From: a virus
Taxonomy: Duplodnaviria; Caudoviricetes
Direction: 5' to 3' (one strand)
IMG/VR virus record: IMGVR_UViG_3300033978_000202
Location: 1 to 63,364 of that record
Length of the DNA stretch: 63,364 nt
A program made the translations under genes and the position numbers. The notes beneath the pieces were generated by a model that saw only the letters and a list, made by a program, of their open reading frames with translations, ran no database searches and was not told the DNA's origin. Below, in pieces: positions 48,101 to 58,220 of this stretch. The stretch's first letter is position 1. Each line of letters begins with the position of its first letter.

Positions 48101-49787
48101 TTGGTGCGTATGAATTATAGTTTCCTGATCCAATAATAGTACCTACTCCTGCCCCAAGAACAGGAGTCCCTGCGTTCATATTAAACTTCAACTCATTGGA
48201 TGAATCGTGATATATTCCTACGTGAGAAAATCCATTTCTATGTAATGCTATACCTGCAGTCCCGGAAGTCGCACGAACCTCTAATTGTAGACCCGTGTAG
48301 TAATTTGCAGGAGCAGCTATATTTCTGTCTACTGTAAGGTTTGGCGTAGTACTCGACCCTCCTGTCATATACACAGGTCCCGTTACTGTTCCACCTGACA
48401 ACGCAAGATATGGTCCACCTGTAACAAATCCTTGAGAGTTTACCCAAGATTGTGTGGCAACTGCTGCGCTATTTATAGTAAGAGCAGTAAAGTTTGTTTG
48501 AGATGTAGTAGCTGAATTACCTGAAGTATTATCAGATACTCTTGCACTATCTACACGAACCCCATAAGTTTGAGACCCATTCCAACCCATCAATGTTGGA
48601 TAAGTTCCTGTCCAAGCATTTTGAGCATTTGTATTACTGATTGAAACTCCGCTTGGAGAAGTACTTGCAGAAGCGTCAAATATAACGTGGTTGCCTCCAT
48701 AATTTTTCCAACCCAACATTCCAATGACATAATTCAAAACAGTACCATCATTCCAATTTGTCACTCCTCTTATGGGAACAGCATAAGACCCAAAGTTGCT
48801 ACTGTCTAAGATAGTTCTCCAAGTTGACCCTGCGTAAGTACTTCCAACTGATTTCCTCCAATAAAAGTCTCCATTATATGTAGCCCAAAACTGAACAGAA
48901 ATATCACTGTTCCATATTCCAAATAGGGTTCCATATAAATCCCCTGCAGGTCCATTAGTATATCCTGCTCCTATGTTGTATATTCCCGAAGTAGATGCAA
49001 GTCCAAGAGTGTTTAAGTCTGCTTGAAATCTTGAAGTTACTCCATTGAAGTTAAGTCCATTAAACTGAGTGGCACTTCCTGTAATGTTTATTCCCCACGT
49101 ACCACTTGCTCCACCGCCTGTTAATGTTGGAGAGTATAAATTGTAGTTGCTTGTAGTTATGATACCTGTTACAGCACCGGTACTCCCATTTATAGAAAGT
49201 ACCCCTGTATTTGTAACAGTAACCGCACCGGTAGTTGAGTTAACAGATATGCCTGTCCCGGCATTAACTGAAGTGACAGGAGCTGTATCATAGTCAGTCC
49301 AAGATGCTGTAAGCGTACTTCCATCTTGCTGAGTAAGAGTAAGAGTTTTGGTAGTTGTCCCTGTTACTGAAGCTGCAGTTAAACTTCTACTGTAAGCAAT
49401 ATTCCAAACACCTTGTGTCGAATTTGACGGAAGTGAATAACCTGCAGCAAAAGTAAGTGCTAACGTACCGCTTGAAGTAATTGGTCTACCTGATATTGCA
49501 AAACCGGTAGGAACAGTCATATCAACAGATGTAACTGTACCTACGCTCCACGATCTATTAGCTGATAAGTCTTGAGCAGTACCATTAATGGTAATTGTTC
49601 TAATTGCAGGCACGGCATCAGTGATGCCATACCCACTAAGAGTGGTCGGTGTACTTGAAATCTTTGACCAAGACAGCCCGGTTATCCACGCAGGATTATT
49701 ATACGAACCGGTTGTGACAACTACGTTAATGTCGTCTATACCACTGTCTGCCAATATGTTGTTTACTATCGTTGCTAAATTCGACAT
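45114..49787 (-). CDS. Tail fibre/receptor-binding protein with C-terminal S74-type intramolecular chaperone (1557 aa)
   Basis: Gly/Ser/Thr-rich; TSDKRLK, GYYAQD..EILP, terminal coiled coil; six repeated linkers. Confidence 0.85.
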   Translation of the reverse strand: MSNLATIVNNILADSGIDDINVVVTTGSYNNPAWITGLSWSKISSTPTTLSGYGITDAVPAIRTITINGTAQDLSANRSWSVGTVTSVDMTVPTGFAISGRPITSSGTLALTFAAGYSLPSNSTQGVWNIAYSRSLTAASVTGTTTKTLTLTQQDGSTLTASWTDYDTAPVTSVNAGTGISVNSTTGAVTVTNTGVLSINGSTGAVTGIITTSNYNLYSPTLTGGGASGTWGINITGSATQFNGLNFNGVTSRFQADLNTLGLASTSGIYNIGAGYTNGPAGDLYGTLFGIWNSDISVQFWATYNGDFYWRKSVGSTYAGSTWRTILDSSNFGSYAVPIRGVTNWNDGTVLNYVIGMLGWKNYGGNHVIFDASASTSPSGVSISNTNAQNAWTGTYPTLMGWNGSQTYGVRVDSARVSDNTSGNSATTSQTNFTALTINSAAVATQSWVNSQGFVTGGPYLALSGGTVTGPVYMTGGSSTTPNLTVDRNIAAPANYYTGLQLEVRATSGTAGIALHRNGFSHVGIYHDSSNELKFNMNAGTPVLGAGVGTIIGSGNYNSYAPTLTGGGASGTWGINVTGSSGSTGTLLLTGLGNGTVNVNNPNTAVYRNENGLGAAVAYAPLLHLGGGDTMWQIQGTYGSSGSGVLYFRQGYNGSWGTWLTMLSSSNYNNYSPTLTGGGASGTWSINITGSSASANELNATSVSNLNTDRPPGKLQYYDQPGGTGAPGGGWHSYISLRHGNSVNQYGFQLANGFGSNDLLFRGWDGANPYSWVTILTTNNYNSYSPTLTGGGASGTWSINVTGTAASETLSTVTGRGNSTGSTIYIDQAGQGFTFRTSTSWGGWARNTHVITDSANTTLAAFGGYGGGGSSLSYSFIGIDYNNTWIRFSSSAVNSQVALQQDGNQVLHAGNYNSYAPTLTGGGASGTWGINITGNSATVSSITNITGLMTNRLTPTAFIDGLTTTNFRSTVFGTSANGAALSAARWNNVPSALSGMNLYGTMIAWSGDSDTQGFIATDYITANAQIGGGYGNIISWRATLLHSSNYNSYSPTLTGGGASGTWGISITGSASSASSASSAGTVVGRQRGTFVVGGNTSTFYPVAFQIGSSATSEQGISVLQIERGGYDEPGYSSTGFGTFHCRIRAKADGWGYGASYVQLEQNAYTIPMLAEFTQQNQTSQLIVWLRGGQAYRWLDVEGGWTLNFDNAAGGNYVTFSGNVTYTPTTTNSVSSLGKWFKGWSETKCDGFIESESDVRAPIFYDSKNTSFYADLNSLSNIQRLQTQQNWYDNSSSDWGGGINLKGTACTVGWQPSNQTWWYMMHTSSENMNFYRRASNGGSWNQDGVWYANGTFNWRERVNLGPETATPYLTEFLSGLTFGGNEANEGAYRIYTKLENINGNYTKLIIGWHTGLKIGASSSYGGTRFYNNAPYAGSKVFSIAEGDNHTRAYNNMYAAAFFETSDKRLKELVEDDYSVSGIELIKPKLYKKNGVTEVGYYAQDFEEILPTAIAKELNGYLNLSYTQVHTMKIAYLEDSIEEIKAKILYLEQQLKNKTNENN

Positions 49788-49790
49788 ATC

Positions 49791-52700
49791 TTATACCATT
49801 GTTAGTGACCGCCAAGTTCCGTTAGCGTAAATATACAAACCAATTACCGCATCTGTTTGGAAAACTACTAAGCCTTCAGCAGGAGTAGAGATAGCTGTAC
49901 GCTGTGCTGATGTCATCCGTGGAGGCAAGAAGCCCTTAGTCGTACTATCCAATTGGAACAACGCTGAAGCATTAATGCTTGTTGTTCCCATTGCCAAAGC
50001 CGACCCGTTGTCATAAAGCAAGCTATTGCCTATCGCACTTGTACCTGTAAACTTTGACAAGTATCCTGCTGTTCCGGTTCCGGTTACAGGGTTTGTAAGT
50101 ACTGACTGATAAACAGGAATATTAAGAGTAGCTCCCACCAAGGTAGCAGCACCTGAAGTACCTGAAGTAGTCAATGTAAGTGCGTTCTGCTTATTATTGA
50201 AAGTAGTCCAATCGGTAGAACTCAAGTATCCGCTTGCGGAACCGCTTGCCTGAGTAATACCCACTGTACCTGATCCTGTAATTGTGCCACCCGTAAGAGG
50301 ACCCGTAAATGTTATTGAAGTAACAGTACCTACTGACCAAGTCCTGTTTACAGACAAGTCATAGCTTGTGCCGTTAATAGTCAGCGTTCTTGAGTCGGGT
50401 ACACCGCCAAGCCCCGATAAAGTATAGCTTGGTATATTAAGTGTAGCACCAACTAAAGTCGCTGAGCCATTATTACCTGTAGTAGTAAGGGTAATGGCAT
50501 TTTGCTTATTATTAAATGTATTCCAATCGGTTGAACTAAGGTATCCATTTGTAGAAATTGTAGCTTGAGTAATTCCAATTGTGCCGCTACCTGTAATGGT
50601 TCCACCTGTGATAGGACCTGATGTCGCAATGCTTGTTACAGTACCTACAGACCACGTGCGATTCGCACTTAGATCATAAGCCGTACCGTTTATAGTAAGC
50701 AAACGAGTGTCAGGGACACCGCCAAGTCCTGCAATACTATACTGAGGAATATTAAGAACTCCTGTAAGATTGCTATAAGTAGCTGCTCCACTATTTCCTG
50801 TTGTTGTCAAACTAATAGCAGCACGAGCTCTTGAATCCAAGTAGTACAAGTTTGTACCCTCAGAAATATTTGTGGTTGTTAAAGTAACAGCACCGGTAAA
50901 TCCGTTTACCGAAGTAACAGAGTCGGTGTTATCCACTTTCTGCCAAGCAGTACCATCAAACACAATCCAATCCCCTACTTGCCATCCTGATACACCATCA
51001 ATTGTAGTATTACCGGCTACGTTTACAATGTAGAAGTACCCTTCAGTACCAACGCCTGATGTGATGGTTGGACTATTTGTATTAGCGTTCCAAGTACCTT
51101 GATACTGAAGACCGCCAACTAATGAGTTGATTTGCCCTTGCAACTTACCGAAAGCGGTAAGGATGCTATCTGTTGCAGCTATTGTAGTTCCTGTAACAGT
51201 AAGACCTGTAAGAACCTTACCTATAACAGCAGAGTTACTGAGCGTGACACTTGCTGCGCCCGGACCACTTGCTGTAGCTTCACCTGTAAGTGAAGTAATA
51301 TAACTACCCTGAGCCTGATATATTGGTATGTTCAGCACATTTGAAGTCAGCGTAGCTGCTCCACTTGTACCGGTTGTTGTAAGAGATGTAATTCTATTAT
51401 CGTATGCAGTATCCCAATTTGCTTGCTTAGCATTTGTTGGAAGGCTGTACCCTGATGCAAATGTGAGAGCAAGTGTTCCATTGGTAGTAATCGGATTACC
51501 TCCAATTGCAAAACCTGTAGGCACACTCATATTAACAGAGGTAACTGTACCAACACTCCAAGTGCGATCAGCACTCAAGTCGTAAGCAGTACCGTTAATA
51601 GTAAGTGTTCTGCTCTGAGGAGTATATGCTGTAGTATCTACTACAAGTGTACCATTTGAAGATGATGTCCTTAAAATGCCATTGGTAGTATAACCAATAA
51701 ACTGAATACTTAGATCAGAATTAAACGAAGCAGTATAGTTACCACCATTAACCTCAATCATTACCTTACCACCTACGTTGTAGTTAGCAAGAGTAAGTCT
51801 GCTCTCTCCTGTATTATAGTATAACGCTCCACTTCCTGCACCCATTGCGGTCAGATAAACAGATGGCGTTGTTATACTGCTTGTAAATGTTTTTGCTCCT
51901 CCAATGGTCTGAGCTCCTGTAGACAAAAATCCACGAGCAGAGCCTGACGCATCAGGGATATTGAATGTATGTACAGTTCCTGCACTTACAATATTGAAGT
52001 CTGTACCGGTTGTGCCGGTAGCAAAAGTTTGGTTTGAAGAAAGCGCAAGACCATTCAGTGTTCTTGTAAGGGGTACGTATCGTCCATCAAGGTCGATGCT
52101 TGCAAGACCGGTAACGTGACCAAATGTATCAAGCGTTACGTCTTGAATAACTATACCTCCGCTATTGTCAACACTTGCTTGAGAAGACGTATCAGCGTGG
52201 CTTATTGTACCCGATACAGTAATTGTGCCACCATCAAGACCTGCTCCTGCAGTTATTGAAGTGACAGTACCAACTGACCAAGTGCGGTTTGCACTCAGGT
52301 CATACGTAGTACCATTAATGGTAAGAGTTGTAGCCTGATTAGCCGGAGTATATCCAAGAAGTGTAGCAATAGTAGCACTCTTCCAAAGATTTGTAGTTGT
52401 ATCACGGTAAAGCACTCCGTTGTTTATGTATGGAGTTGGAGCTACATCGTGGAGCTCCTCGAGCTCATAACCATTATCAATCTTAACATATATCTTACCA
52501 TTATTAGCGTGAGCATACTCTACGTACCCAACAATTACAGTATGCTGAGGTGCTGTTGGTTTAATATTAGTAATAGCACCTGCAGTAGTTGGACTTAAAT
52601 AAAGTACATCACCATCACTCCAAGTTTCACCTTGAAGATTACCCGTTGTATTTACATTGATAATCTGACCAATGTTTACAATAAACCCTTCCTGATTGGT

Positions 52701-55700
52701 TGATATGTCTTCACATACTAATCCAAGTGTAGATGCACTATTAGGGTCATTGTTAGCCTGAGCTAATGCAACAGCAAGTCTTTGCCCCTGCGCACCTGCA
52801 ACCCTTACAGCTTGATAAGCTGTTCTTGATAGATTACCTCCTGTGCTATTACGGACTCTTGCCACAATAGTCTCTCCAATTGGAAGATTGTAGGTGTTGC
52901 CCTTAAGAGAAAGACGAATAGTTCCTTCGGTATTATCCCACCACATAACTCCTTCAGCAGAAGGAATATTACTGCTCGATGGATTGAATCTAACAAAGTC
53001 AGTAATCAATCCATACGTTCCGAGGTTAACATCTTGCGTTGCGCCTGTGTACGGAACATATCCCGTAAGTACAGAACCGTAGTCAGGAATGTTCAATACC
53101 CCCGTTAAGGTGGTATATGTTGCAGGTCCTGATGTTCCTATAGTAGTAAGACTGATAGCTGCACGAGCTCTCGAATCTAAGTAGTATAAATTAGTGCCCT
53201 CAGTAACAAGGGTCGTTGAATAATCACCTGACTGAGCTATAACAGCCCCTGTTCTTCCGAACACACTTGTCACCGGGGCGGTATCGTAATCACTCCAAGT
53301 AGCAGTGATGGTTCCACCATCCTGCTGATTAAGTGTCAATGTCTTTGTTTGTACCCCTGTAACTGCAGCGGATACAATCATATTGTTGTAAGCAGAGTCC
53401 CAAGTCAACTGACTTGCATCTGTCGGAATAGAATAACCTGAAGTCAAACTAAATACACCTGTTAGAGTAGTATAAGTTAAACCTGTTGCAGATGAACTTA
53501 TAGCAGCCCTTGCTCTTGAATCTAAATAATAAAGATTGGTCCCTTCTGTTACAAGAGTTGTACTATAGTCTCCGCTTTGAGCAATAATAGCCCCTGTTCT
53601 ACCGAATACGGAAGTAACAGGTGCTGTATCAAAGTCGCTCCAAGATGCAGTAATAGTACCGCCATCCTGCTGAGTAAGTGTTAAAGTCTTTGTTTGTACA
53701 CCGGTTACGGCAGCAGATACAATTGAATCATTATATGCCGTAGTCCAAGTAGCCTGAGTTGCGTTTGTAGGTAACGAATAGCCTGCAGCAAATGTCAAAG
53801 CAAGCGTGCCTGTTGTAGTTATGGGATTGCCTCCTATTGCAAAACCTGCAGGCACACTCATATCTACTGAAGTTACTGTACCTACTGACCAAGTACGGTT
53901 AGCGGACAAATCGTAGGAGGTTCCGTTGATAGTTAATTCGCGTGTTATAGGAACGCCATCAATATCATCGAGCACCTCACTACCTGTCCTGTACTCAATA
54001 ACCCCATTATTTGAAACGATGAATTTATCTGTGTCGACTGTTGCATTACCAATTGCATCTACAAATAAATCTCCATAAACCTGAAGCTTTATGCCATTAC
54101 TTACAGTACTTAACCCTATTACAGTTGATCCATCAGAGAATATTCTTGATACTTGTACACCTGATATATATTGAGCTACCTCACCATCACTATAGTCGTG
54201 AACAGTAGACCTTGGAGACCCAAAGTTGTTCATCTGTATGGTGTAGCCATAAGGAGTAAGCCCCGTATTTATGAAAGCTACAGTAGCTCCTGAGTTTGAA
54301 TTGTAGTTTACAGATAGTACATCTCCTTGGTACGAGATAGGACTGTCAATAAGAGTGGTAAGCCCACTCCACATTGGTATATTATACGCTGTACCTGTGC
54401 CTGTAACAGGGTTAGTAAGCGCATCTTGCTTGTCATTAAAGGTATTCCAATCGGTACTCGACAAATAGCCATCTGTTGAGACCCCTGATTGTGTAATACC
54501 AATGACATCATTTGAATAAGTTATAGGAGCAGTTGCGCTAAGGTCTGCAAGCTTGGTATTAAACTCGTTCCAATCAGCAGCACTTAGGTAACCATCAGAA
54601 GTTGGACCTGATTGTGTGATACCGATCGTACCTGAAGTGGTAATTGTGCCTCCTGTAAGTGGTCCTGTGGTAGCAATGCTTGTAATTGTACCTACATTCC
54701 ACGCTCTATTCGCAGAAAGGTCATAGGCAATTCCATTAATCGTCAGTGTTGTGCTATCCTCTACCGCATCTGTAATACCATACCCTGATAAAGTAGTAGG
54801 AGTATTGATAATCTTAGACCAATCAAGTGATTCAATCCACGAAGGATTAGAATAAATCTGATCTGTACGCACATCACCTACTGTCCAAGACCTATCTGCA
54901 CTCAAATCATACCCAACACCGTTAATTGTAAGAGTTCTTGTAGCCGGAGGCGCACCAACATCGCTATAAGTAAGCACAACCGCACCTGTATAGCCATTAA
55001 CACTTACAACTGCGTCAGTATTGTCAACCTTACTCCACTCAGCACCATCAAATATTGCCCAATCACCAAGGTTCCACGAGGTGATTCCGTTCAAATTGGT
55101 ATTACCCGGTACATTTACCACATAGTATTCGCCCTTTACACCAACAGAACTCTGCAAAAAGGGTGTGTTAGTAGCTGCGTTCCACGTACCCTTGTACATT
55201 ACGCCACCAACTAACGCATTTATTTGGTTTTGAACCTTACCAAAGGCAGTAACGATACTATCAGTTGACACTACAGTACCACCTGTGATGTTCAAACCGT
55301 TCAAAACCTTAGCAATAACAGCGTCATTGGTAAGTGTAACGGTAGCATTGCCCGGTCCCGAAGCAGTTGCCTCGCCTGAAAGCTGTGTTATGTAGTCTCC
55401 CTGTGATTGATACACAGGAATATTGAGCACTTTTGCTGAATAGGTAGCCGGACCACCGGTCCCATCAGTAGTAAATGAGTTTATTGTAGGCAAATCCCAA
55501 GACCTATCAGCAGATAGATCATAGGTTACAGTGTTGATAGTGATGGTTCGTGCAAATGGAACGTAAGATGTACCATCTAAAGAGCCATCAGCCTTCACAA
55601 ATTCTGATGCAAGACCGCCCGGAACAATAAATGCAGCAGCCTCAATGCTATGTGTACCTAAGTTTACATTACCCGTAGCGCCAACATAAGGCACATAGAA

Positions 55701-55832
55701 CTGCCCGATGACGTTACCAATCTCACTTAAGGTAAAATTCTTGGTATTATTAAAATTCTCTACGTCTGTACCGATCAATAAATCGTTCAGCGTAGGAGTA
55801 GATATTATCGGGTATGTACTTATCCGTGCCAT
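49791..55832 (-). CDS. Long repetitive fibre protein (2013 aa)
   Basis: Repeats RTLTINGTxYDLSAxRxWSVGTVTS, GYLSSTDW.TFNNKQ, VTSVFGRTGA, YxGTWNA. Confidence 0.85.
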   Translation of the reverse strand: MARISTYPIISTPTLNDLLIGTDVENFNNTKNFTLSEIGNVIGQFYVPYVGATGNVNLGTHSIEAAAFIVPGGLASEFVKADGSLDGTSYVPFARTITINTVTYDLSADRSWDLPTINSFTTDGTGGPATYSAKVLNIPVYQSQGDYITQLSGEATASGPGNATVTLTNDAVIAKVLNGLNITGGTVVSTDSIVTAFGKVQNQINALVGGVMYKGTWNAATNTPFLQSSVGVKGEYYVVNVPGNTNLNGITSWNLGDWAIFDGAEWSKVDNTDAVVSVNGYTGAVVLTYSDVGAPPATRTLTINGVGYDLSADRSWTVGDVRTDQIYSNPSWIESLDWSKIINTPTTLSGYGITDAVEDSTTLTINGIAYDLSANRAWNVGTITSIATTGPLTGGTITTSGTIGITQSGPTSDGYLSAADWNEFNTKLADLSATAPITYSNDVIGITQSGVSTDGYLSSTDWNTFNDKQDALTNPVTGTGTAYNIPMWSGLTTLIDSPISYQGDVLSVNYNSNSGATVAFINTGLTPYGYTIQMNNFGSPRSTVHDYSDGEVAQYISGVQVSRIFSDGSTVIGLSTVSNGIKLQVYGDLFVDAIGNATVDTDKFIVSNNGVIEYRTGSEVLDDIDGVPITRELTINGTSYDLSANRTWSVGTVTSVDMSVPAGFAIGGNPITTTGTLALTFAAGYSLPTNATQATWTTAYNDSIVSAAVTGVQTKTLTLTQQDGGTITASWSDFDTAPVTSVFGRTGAIIAQSGDYSTTLVTEGTNLYYLDSRARAAISSSATGLTYTTLTGVFSLTSGYSIPTDASQLTWDSAYNNMIVSAAVTGVQTKTLTLNQQDGGTITATWSDYDTAPVTSVFGRTGAVIAQSGDYSTTLVTEGTNLYYLDSRARAAISLTTIGTSGPATYTTLTGVLNIPDYGSVLTGYVPYTGATQDVNLGTYGLITDFVRFNPSSSNIPSAEGVMWWDNTEGTIRLSLKGNTYNLPIGETIVARVRNSTGGNLSRTAYQAVRVAGAQGQRLAVALAQANNDPNSASTLGLVCEDISTNQEGFIVNIGQIINVNTTGNLQGETWSDGDVLYLSPTTAGAITNIKPTAPQHTVIVGYVEYAHANNGKIYVKIDNGYELEELHDVAPTPYINNGVLYRDTTTNLWKSATIATLLGYTPANQATTLTINGTTYDLSANRTWSVGTVTSITAGAGLDGGTITVSGTISHADTSSQASVDNSGGIVIQDVTLDTFGHVTGLASIDLDGRYVPLTRTLNGLALSSNQTFATGTTGTDFNIVSAGTVHTFNIPDASGSARGFLSTGAQTIGGAKTFTSSITTPSVYLTAMGAGSGALYYNTGESRLTLANYNVGGKVMIEVNGGNYTASFNSDLSIQFIGYTTNGILRTSSSNGTLVVDTTAYTPQSRTLTINGTAYDLSADRTWSVGTVTSVNMSVPTGFAIGGNPITTNGTLALTFASGYSLPTNAKQANWDTAYDNRITSLTTTGTSGAATLTSNVLNIPIYQAQGSYITSLTGEATASGPGAASVTLSNSAVIGKVLTGLTVTGTTIAATDSILTAFGKLQGQINSLVGGLQYQGTWNANTNSPTITSGVGTEGYFYIVNVAGNTTIDGVSGWQVGDWIVFDGTAWQKVDNTDSVTSVNGFTGAVTLTTTNISEGTNLYYLDSRARAAISLTTTGNSGAATYSNLTGVLNIPQYSIAGLGGVPDTRLLTINGTAYDLSANRTWSVGTVTSIATSGPITGGTITGSGTIGITQATISTNGYLSSTDWNTFNNKQNAITLTTTGNNGSATLVGATLNIPSYTLSGLGGVPDSRTLTINGTSYDLSVNRTWSVGTVTSITFTGPLTGGTITGSGTVGITQASGSASGYLSSTDWTTFNNKQNALTLTTSGTSGAATLVGATLNIPVYQSVLTNPVTGTGTAGYLSKFTGTSAIGNSLLYDNGSALAMGTTSINASALFQLDSTTKGFLPPRMTSAQRTAISTPAEGLVVFQTDAVIGLYIYANGTWRSLTMV

Positions 55833-56290
55833 TAATTAAGATTTTTCTTCACTGCACTACCGAAATAATAACCAAAGATGGAAAGTACAACACCCTCTGC
55901 TATCCCTATCAGATGTATGAATAGCTCTTTATTTTCTTTTGGCACTTCAAGATAGACAATGACGTATACAATGAAAACAAAAACGCCTAACCCAATAAGC
56001 CCCGTCAGGTTAAACATAAAGTCAAACTTACCGGTCTTTGCTACCTCTACCTCACGTAGACGTGCTGACTCACGGTCCTTCACCTCCAATTCATACAACT
56101 CCTTCATTTGACTGTGAGCCATATCTTTGTCCGCAGGACTCAGCTCAGGAGATTTGTCTATTAGATTCTTTACAACCCCAAGAACACCTGAGTCAGGAAG
56201 TAAGTCACCAACCTTATCCAAAATATTGGGGGCTTTGGTCTTGAGAAACTGACCAACCTTGGTGTCCTTAAACTTCTTTTTTTCAGGCAT
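55832..56290 (-). CDS. Holin-like membrane protein
   Basis: DRESARLRE followed by two TM helices, GYYFGS; next to endolysin. Confidence 0.7.
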   Translation of the reverse strand: MPEKKKFKDTKVGQFLKTKAPNILDKVGDLLPDSGVLGVVKNLIDKSPELSPADKDMAHSQMKELYELEVKDRESARLREVEVAKTGKFDFMFNLTGLIGLGVFVFIVYVIVYLEVPKENKELFIHLIGIAEGVVLSIFGYYFGSAVKKNLN

Positions 56291-56294
56291 CTCA

Positions 56295-56804
56295 TTAAAT
56301 TAATACATAGTTATTCTCATCAACTTTCTTTTTCTCATATAGATCAAGAAGTTGTCTTACCGAATTGCCCATTGGCTTCTCGAAGTGTGGAGCATCATAA
56401 AATTTCCAATCGCCACCCCACGTCCAACCATATTGCTTGAAAATGGTTACCACTTCCTGCCAATCAGATTTGCCATCACCATCAAAGTCGGCTTTTACGT
56501 CCCAAGATGCAGACTCAAATTTACCATCTCCATCTTTGTCAACAATAAGTACGATGTCAATAGCCAACCCATAGTTGTGCATTGATAGACCCGCTTTTGC
56601 TTTAGTCACAACAGGACCGGGAGCCGTTCTTCCTTTTGCAAAAAGAGCATCTTGCTCTTTGAATGTTCTTAACGTATAAGAAAAGCGACACATTGCCTTG
56701 CCGGTTAATGCTTCGCATATCTCAGTATAAATCTGATCAGCCTCCTCACGCAACTTTGGGTGGAGTAGCTTAATTCTTTCTAAAGTAACTGCGTCTTTTC
56801 TCAT
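56295..56804 (-). CDS. Endolysin, M15-family (L-Ala-D-Glu type) peptidase
   Basis: RTFKEQDALFAKGR, SMHNYGLAID, WGGDW, DAPHFE; DxDGDG inserts. Confidence 0.9.
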   Translation of the reverse strand: MRKDAVTLERIKLLHPKLREEADQIYTEICEALTGKAMCRFSYTLRTFKEQDALFAKGRTAPGPVVTKAKAGLSMHNYGLAIDIVLIVDKDGDGKFESASWDVKADFDGDGKSDWQEVVTIFKQYGWTWGGDWKFYDAPHFEKPMGNSVRQLLDLYEKKKVDENNYVLI

Positions 56805-57091
56805 AACATTTTTAATAATTCAATAATAAACTTAAGCGCTCCGAGACCGAGTAAAGTAACAAGAGCATAGAAATATGTCTTATACTTTTTGATGTCAGCC
56901 TTGAGTGCGTAAAACTCTTTCTTTACTTGTCTAAAGTCGCCAATTAGTCCGCTCGCATCTTTGTCAATTGGATTGCCGGTAAGAAGCGTGTGCATATCTT
57001 TTACCAATTGCTTTACCTCAGCCACGTCATTCTTGAGCGTGTCTAATTCTGCCGCCATAATATCTAATCTATGGTTTTCTTGGATATTCAT
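56801..57091 (-). CDS. Coiled-coil protein with C-terminal TM helix (lysis-associated)
   Basis: Heptad pattern and hydrophobic C-terminus. Confidence 0.6.
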   Translation of the reverse strand: MNIQENHRLDIMAAELDTLKNDVAEVKQLVKDMHTLLTGNPIDKDASGLIGDFRQVKKEFYALKADIKKYKTYFYALVTLLGLGALKFIIELLKML

Positions 57092-57113
57092 TTAACTTGT
57101 ATTGTGATTGCGA

Positions 57114-57371
57114 TTACCATAATGCAATAATATTATTTGCGTTTGTGGTTGAGGCAAACACACGAATTACCTGTACAGGCAAGAAGGTTCCGTTTGGTAC
57201 GTTTGTGAAAGTGATGTCATCACCTCCGGCAGTAAGTACACGAAGTGTGCCACCTGTGCCAACATACAATACGCATCCCTCAACCTCACCGTTACCGGGA
57301 TTTGGAATGTCTACTGTGTCACTCTTAGTAACCACAGAAGCACGAGCAGGTTGGAGTTTTTGATATGCCAT
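57114..57371 (-). CDS. Head spike base-like protein (RcGTA Rcc01079-like)
   Basis: Start moved to MAYQK; LYVGTGGTLRV...TFTNVPNGTFLPVQVIRV. Confidence 0.65.
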   Translation of the reverse strand: MAYQKLQPARASVVTKSDTVDIPNPGNGEVEGCVLYVGTGGTLRVLTAGGDDITFTNVPNGTFLPVQVIRVFASTTNANNIIALW

Positions 57372-57372
57372 T

Positions 57373-57561
57373 TTAATTTGTTTTTTGTTGTTGTTCGTTG
57401 TTATTGTTCTGATAAGGGAATACACGATTAAGTGTATCACGTCTTTTTGCGCAGCCACAGTCTTTACCTGTAGCCTTTGCAACAGTCTCTACTACCTTCT
57501 TAATGCCGGTAGCAGTTGTGATCTTCTCGATAGTGTCCCCAAGTCCTTTACTTTTTTCCAT
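57373..57561 (-). CDS. Small hypothetical protein
   Basis: GLGDTIEKIT...DCGCAKRR. Confidence 0.65.
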   Translation of the reverse strand: MEKSKGLGDTIEKITTATGIKKVVETVAKATGKDCGCAKRRDTLNRVFPYQNNNNEQQQKTN

Positions 57562-57644
57562 ATTCTAAAATTTGCCCCAACCCGATTTCTCCATACACTT
57601 CAACCGATACTCTTCAATCAGCCTGAGAAGTTCAATTATCTTTT

Positions 57645-57797
57645 TCATTTCTTTTTCTTACCGGCTACTGCCATCTGCTGAAACTTCTTTTTGCCGTATT
57701 TATTACGACCTATAGAAGCAACAATGGCATCAGCCCTTTTGGGACTGATGCCTTGCTTCTTCTGAATCTTATTTGACAGCGTACTAAACTTGCTCAT
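57645..57797 (-). CDS. Small basic protein (50 aa, not in ORF track)
   Basis: Manual translation MSKFSTLSNKIQKKQG...GRNKYGKKKFQQMAVAGKKKK. Confidence 0.6.
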   Translation of the reverse strand: MSKFSTLSNKIQKKQGISPKRADAIVASIGRNKYGKKKFQQMAVAGKKKK

Positions 57798-58191
57798 CTT
57801 CCTCGGACGGTTTTTCAGGCTCTATGCCTTCAACCCATCCTGCGAGGAATTTGAAGTCTTCGATGCCTTCAGTTGAAAAAGTAAATTGATAAAAGTCAAA
57901 CGCTTCATCGAGTAGCTTCTTCATATCCTTCGCCATTGCCTTGATGCCATCCTTAGTGAATTTGTATTCACCTTTGTCATTCAATTCCAATACACCATTT
58001 GATGTAGTGAAAGCGTGGTCAAGACGAATGTCCTCTCTCTTTTCGTTGTAACTCTCAAAAAGAGGTTTGATTTTCTCAGCGATCTTTTTAAGCTTCGCTT
58101 CTGCTTTGCTACCTTTTTCAGCAGGAGTCATATTTAGTGCACGCACTAAGTCTAATAACTCCGCATTTGATTTGCTAACTTTTGTTGCCAT
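57784..58191 (-). CDS. Hypothetical protein
   Basis: Start moved to MATKV after AAATCAAATCAA leader; upstream TATATTTG (58213-58220). Confidence 0.65.
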   Translation of the reverse strand: MATKVSKSNAELLDLVRALNMTPAEKGSKAEAKLKKIAEKIKPLFESYNEKREDIRLDHAFTTSNGVLELNDKGEYKFTKDGIKAMAKDMKKLLDEAFDFYQFTFSTEGIEDFKFLAGWVEGIEPEKPSEEDEQV

Positions 58192-58220
58192 TTGATTTGA
58201 TTTTAATTTGAACAAATATA

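Noticed and set aside
45114-55832. Fibre repeats as a diversity-generating retroelement or invertible cassette
   Set aside because: No reverse transcriptase or invertase; differences are synonymous rather than adenine-specific, and repeats are direct
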